DNA of 62,883 nucleotides, filler included, from Chiloscyllium plagiosum (Eukaryota): NCBI RefSeq assembly GCF_004010195.1. It is 5 parts of one record of this genome, joined end to end, with 100 filler letters (N's around TTAATTAATTAA, not from the genome) between each part and the next. Parts side by side here need not be neighbours in the genome. Positions count along the whole stretch, not along the records: positions 44,806 to 58,927 come from NC_057715.1; positions 59,028 to 62,883 come from NC_057715.1; 3 more parts are not named here. One strand, 5' to 3'. Shown piece by piece: positions 58,238 to 62,883 of this stretch. Under the pieces are notes generated by a model. The model saw only the letters and a program-made list of their open reading frames with translations. It had not been told where the DNA came from and searched no databases. Made by a program: the position numbers and the translations under genes. Each line of letters starts with the position of its first letter. Positions within the stretch are counted from its first letter, which is position 1.

Positions 58238-58927
58238 AGTGCTGAGGGAACACCGTACTGTCTGAGGGTCAGTGCTGAGGGAACACCGTACTGTTAGAGG
58301 GTCAGTGCTGAGGGAGTGCCGCCCTGTCAGAGGGTCAGTGCTGAGGGAGTGGGCACTGTCGGAGGGTCAGTGCTGAGGGAGAGCCACACTGTCAGAGGGT
58401 CAGTGCTGAGGGAGTGCCGCACTGTCGGAGGGTCACTGCTGAGGGAATGCCACACTGTCAGAGGGCCAATGCTGAGGGAGCACCGCACTCTCAGAGGGTT
58501 AATGCTGAGGGAGCGCCGCACTGTCGGAGGGTCAGTGCTGAGGGAGCGCCGCACTGTCAGAGGGTCAATGCTGAGGGAGCACTGAACTTTCGGAGGGTCA
58601 GTGCCGAGGAAGTGCCAAACTATCGGAGGGACAGTGCTGAGGGAGTGCCACACTGTTAGAGGGTCAGTGCAGAGGGAGCGCCGCACTGTCGGAGGGTCAG
58701 TGCAGAGGGAAGAGCCGCACTGTCGGAGGGTCAGTGCTGAGGGAGCACCGCACTGTCGGAGGGTCAGTGCTGAGGGAGTGGGCACTGTCGGAGGGTCAGT
58801 GCTGAGGGAATGCCGCACTGTAGGAGGGTCAATGCTGAGGGAGTGTCGCACTGTCGGAGGGTCAGTGCTGAGGGAGTGCCGCACTGTCGGAGGGTCAGTG
58901 CTGAGGGAGTGGGCACGGTCGGAGGGT
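58238..58927. repeat. 33-nt minisatellite, about 21 units, runs into gap
   Basis: Unit cactgtcggagggtcagtgctgagggagtgccg; gives 11-aa repeat ORFs on both strands. Confidence 0.95.
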
Positions 58928-59027
58928 NNNNNNNNNNNNNNNNNNNNNNNNNNNNNNNNNNNNNNNNNNNNTTAATTAATTAANNNNNNNNNNNNNNNNN
59001 NNNNNNNNNNNNNNNNNNNNNNNNNNN

Positions 59028-59460
59028 TAAAGCTCCGATCTATGGCCCCCTCTGCCTCCCGAATGATCCTAGGTTCATCCAACTCCAGCTCCAGTTCCCT
59101 AACGCGGTCTTGGAGGAGCTGGAGATGGGTGCACTTCCTGCAAGTGTAATCAGCAGGGACGTCCATGGCATCCCTCACCTCAAACATGTTGCAAGAGGAA
59201 CATTGCACTGCCTTCACTGCCATCCCTCTAAAAGTAACCTTTTTTAAAAAAAAAACTAGGTCTAAAGAATAGAACAAGCAAAATGCAGCACTTACCTACT
59301 TACCACAACGGGACTTATTATTAGGTTAGAGGAGGAGAGCGGGTGGGAGGCACTACCTCTATAGTGCCTCGGGTTCCTCTCCTGCGCGCTTTTATAGCAA
59401 AAAAAACCTACACAGGTAAGCTTGCGCTACACCAGCTTCCGGTGTAGGAAGCTGTGTTCC
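59028..59460 (-). mobile_element. CR1 5' end: promoter-like region, leader and ORF1 N-terminus (young)
   Basis: ATG at 59223 MAVKAVQCSSCNMFEV..YTCRKCTHLQLLQDRVRELELELDE; leader motifs shared with 3017-3140 and 14508-14705. Confidence 0.92.
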
Positions 59461-59464
59461 AGAA

Positions 59465-60675
59465 GGAATATGTGCGTGTAACCCCCTGACCTTGTTAACG
59501 ATATTCCATATGTACACATACATGCAATGCAACCCTGATTTATATTTTATTACTTTGTCCCTTACTCCAACCCCACCTATTAACTTACCTTTCTCTACCT
59601 TTCTATCCCAGCAATTCATACACCTGGTATTATCTTTTAGCATTCTGTCCTGACTCTGACACCCTCGCTGAGTTTGTTTAATCCTTCTCCAACAGCATTA
59701 GGAAAACACTCCAAAAGGATCTCCATTCCAGCTCTGTTCAGGTGTAATGTGTCCAACTTGTACAGGTGCCATCTCCCCCAGAGCTATTCCCATTAGCAGA
59801 AAAGCCCTCTCACCTGTATCTAACTCCCTAATTTCTGACTGCAGGACAAGTTCCTCCTTCCTGTATGTCATTGGTACCAACATGGATCACAACATGGACT
59901 GAGATAAATTCAAAATTCAGCAATGGAAAACTATAAAGATAATAGCAATGGAGAACTATAAAGATGATAGAAAGAGGAAATAAACTACGCGAGCAAACAA
60001 ACATAGAACATAGAAGAATACAGCGCAGTACAGGCCCTTCGGCCCTCGATGTTGCGCCGATCCAAGCCCACCTAACCTACACTAGCCCACTATCCTCCAA
60101 ACAATGAATATAAAACTAGCAATAAGAGGTTTTTTGAATATATAAAAAGGAACAGAGAGGTTAAAGTAAACATAGGCCTCTCAATGAATCTGGGGAGGTA
60201 GCTTTGGGGAACAAGAAAATGGAAGAGGAGTTAAATAGATATTTTGCTTCAATCTTTATGGTCGAAGATACTTCAAACATCCCGTTAACAGTACAGAGTT
60301 TTGGGAGAAATTAAGTTCCATCACCATCACGAGATGTATTTTTAGACAAACTAATGGGGCTAAAGGCAGATACGTTCCCTGGCCCTGATGGCTTGCATCC
60401 TAGGATCTTAAAAGAAATAACTACAGAGATAGTACATGTACTGGTTGTAATTTTCCAACAATCCTTAGTTTGGAGAAGTACCAGAGGACTGGAAAACTGC
60501 CAACATGACAGCCCTGTTCAAAAAGGGAAAGAGGCAAAAGGTGAGGAAGTGTAGATAGATTAGCATAATGTCTATTATTGGAAAAATGTTGGAATCAATT
60601 ATTAATCGTAATAGGAACACATTTGGAAAATCCAAATTTAATCAAGTAGAGTCAGCATGCCTTCATAAGAGGGGA
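59465..60675. mobile_element. Old CR1 fragments (minus 59465-59895; plus 59900-60675) with a young CR1 3' stub at 60001-60098 (minus)
   Basis: MGLKADTFPGPDGLHPRILKE (ORF 60354-60554); LHCMYVYIWNIVNK. Confidence 0.8.
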
Positions 60676-60984
60676 ATTAGAGTCAGAGAACCATACAGTG
60701 AAAAAGAAGCCCTTTGGCCTGAGTATGCACTGACACATGATAAACACCTAACCTTTAAACTTTCTTTTTATTTGTTACGAGTTTTACAGTGAGAAAAAAA
60801 TATATAGTGAAAGCTTTTCCACCTTTGCCACAATCTGGTGCCATTTGAATAGTTTTGCGAATAAGAAAAAAGATGAAAGATATAGCTTAAAGAGATTTCA
60901 TCATTCCTGAGGCAACTCATTATCAATGACACTTGTGCTGCCATCCCTCCTCCACCACCTTGCCTCCATCTACACTGGATTCAA

Positions 60985-61606
60985 ACAGGTGGATAGTGCT
61001 GTTAGGAAGGCATACGGTGTGTCAGGTTTCATTCGAAGAGGGATTGAGTTCCAGAACCGCAATATCATGCTGCAACTATACAAAACGCTGGTGTAGCCTC
61101 ACTTGGAATATTGTGTACAGTGCTGGTCCCCATATTTCCTAAAGGATGTGGAAGCATTGGAAAAGGTGCAGAGGAGATTTACCAGGATGTTGCCTGGTCT
61201 GGAGGGAAGGTCTTATGAGGAAAGGTTGAGAGACTTGGGTCTGTTCTCATTGGAAAGAAGAAGGCTAAGGGGGGATTTGATAGAGACAAACAAGCTGATC
61301 AGAGGATTGGATAGGGTAGACAGTGAAAGTCTTCTTCCTAGGATGATGACATCACCTGTACGAGGGGGCATAACTACAACTTGAGGGGTGATAGATTTAA
61401 GACAGATGTCAGATGTCAGAGGCATGTTCTTTACTCAAAGAGTGATAAGGGCATGGAATGGCCTACCTGCTAATGTAGTCAACTCTGCCACATTAGGGAG
61501 ATTTAAACAATCCTTAGATAAGCACATGGATGATTTAGGTATAGTGTAGGGGGACGAGCTGAGAATAGTTCACAGGTCGGCGCAACATTGAGGGCCCAAG
61601 GGCCCA
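60985..61606 (+). mobile_element. CR1 3' fragment
   Basis: [38 protein letters not shown]. Confidence 0.92.
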
Positions 61607-61624
61607 TAGTGTTGGCCCAATTGC

Positions 61625-61830
61625 CAACACTATGGGCAATTTAGCCTGGCAAATTCACCTAACCTGCACATCGTTGGATTATGGGAGGAAACCAGAACAC
61701 CTAGAGGAAACCCATGCAGACATGGGGAGAACATGCAAACTCCACACAGACAGTCATCCGAGGCTGGAATCGAACCCAAGTCCCTGGCAATGTGGGGCAG
61801 CAGTGCTAACCACTGAGCCACCGTGCTGCC
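61625..61830 (-). mobile_element. HE1-type SINE, 5' part
   Basis: Reverse complement of head and V-domain. Confidence 0.92.
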
Positions 61831-61939
61831 TAAGGCTACAAGGTCCATGCTGGGATTCCTTGCCGCCACCAACGGTAAGTAAAGGGAAGTAAGTAAATGA
61901 AAGAAAATAAAGAAAGGAGAAAACAAAAAGAAAAAAAAC

Positions 61940-62462
61940 TCGTTTTGATTTGGTCTCTTTGAACTTCCAGAAGGTGTTTGACAAGGTGTTGCATAAAAGA
62001 CTGATCCAGAAGTTCAGATACGTGGGGTTGAGGGTATAGCATTGGATTGGATAGAGATTGGCTGACTGACAGAAAGCAGAGGATTGGGATAAATGCGTCG
62101 GCGAACCGCAACTAACGGGGTGCCATGGGTTCAGTTCTTGGACCTCAACTAATTACACTCTCTATAAATGACTTGCAAGCAGGGACAGAGTGTAACATAG
62201 CAAAGTTTGCAGATAATCCTAAAATAGGTGGGAATAGATAGGCTGTCATGAGAAGGTAAAGAATTTATAGATAAATATTGATAGATTCAGACAATGGGCC
62301 AGAATCTAGCAGATGGTGTTTAACGTGGATAAATGTGAGGTTGTCCATATTGGCTGGAAAAATAAAAGAGAAAATTATTATTTAGATGGGAAGGAGATTC
62401 AAAGTGTGTCAGTGCAGAGGGATCTGGGTGTCTGTGTGCATGAATCACAGAAAGTGGGTATG
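61940..62462 (+). mobile_element. CR1 RT fragment
   Basis: NFQKVFDKVLHKRL; KFADN; FNVDKCEVVHIG..QRDLGVCVHESQKV. Confidence 0.88.
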
Positions 62463-62883
62463 CAATCCTCCCACTTCCTCCAAACCAAAGGAGTAGCCAT
62501 GGGCACCCGCATGGGCCCCAGCTATGCCTGCCTCTTCATAGGATATGTGGAACAATCCATCTTCCGCAACTACACTGGCACCACCCCCCACCTTTTCCTC
62601 TGCTACATTGATGACTGTATCGGCACTGCCTCGTGCTCCCACGAGGAAGTTGAACAGTTCATCCACTTCACCAACACCTTCCACCCCGACCTCAAATTCA
62701 CCTGGACAGTCTCAGATTAATCCCTCCCCTTCCTCGACCTTTCTATTTCCATCTCAGGCGACCAAATCAACACGGACATCTACTACAAACCGACCGACTC
62801 CCACAGCTAACTGGACTACACCTCCTCCCATCCTGCCCCCTGTAAAAACGCAATCCCATTCTCCCAATTCCTTCGACCCCGCC
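62463..62883 (+). mobile_element. Penelope-like element RT fragment inserted in CR1, runs off window end
   Basis: QTKGVAMGTRMGPSYACLFIG..FLCYIDDCIG..FHPDLKFTW..LPFLDL..TDIYYKPTDSH; near-identical family to 23014-23830; in-frame stops present. Confidence 0.95.

Noticed and set aside
58316..58975. Repetitive ORFs or a CRISPR-like array
   Set aside because: Head-to-tail 33-nt units with no unique spacers, in a vertebrate context.
59324..59382. HDV-like or twister ribozyme in the CR1 leader
   Set aside because: I could not fit the required pseudoknots or conserved cores by eye; only a simple hairpin is supported.
62313..62720. 135-aa ORF as a novel RT protein
   Set aside because: Chance in-frame junction of a CR1 RT fragment and a PLE RT fragment at about 62463; stops follow.

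Overview
Eukaryotic genomic DNA, almost certainly from a shark. The evidence is many HE1-type tRNA/V-domain SINEs, CR1 LINEs with zinc-finger/esterase ORF1, Penelope-like elements and shark-type minisatellites. It is assembled from contigs joined by four 100-nt linkers (44N-TTAATTAATTAA-44N) plus one 736-N gap. Most of the window is nested, decayed retroelements: CR1, a second CR1/L2-group LINE, L1, Rex1-like, Penelope-like elements (PLEs), several SINE families and two Tigger-like MITEs. Almost every ORF in the track is a fragment, antisense shadow or chimera of these. No host gene could be named. Two CpG-rich islands (about 18.9-19.3 kb and 40.8-41.3 kb) look like promoter/first-exon regions, and a few unique segments carry exon-like splice signals. 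Three signals stand out. (1) More than 15 minimal hammerhead-ribozyme motifs from at least five PLE-derived families show covariation in all three stems; many sit in short fold-back insertions with target-site duplications and a 36-37-nt tail on one arm. (2) A shared module in the 5' leaders of three CR1 copies (two subfamilies): a covarying hairpin in two copies, a TATA box in one, and a GT-AG intron-like segment ending just before the ORF1 ATG in all three. (3) A bipartite SINE that shares both the 5' leader and the 3' tail of a LINE in the same window. Repeat boundaries were read by eye and are approximate; no searches or folding programs were run.
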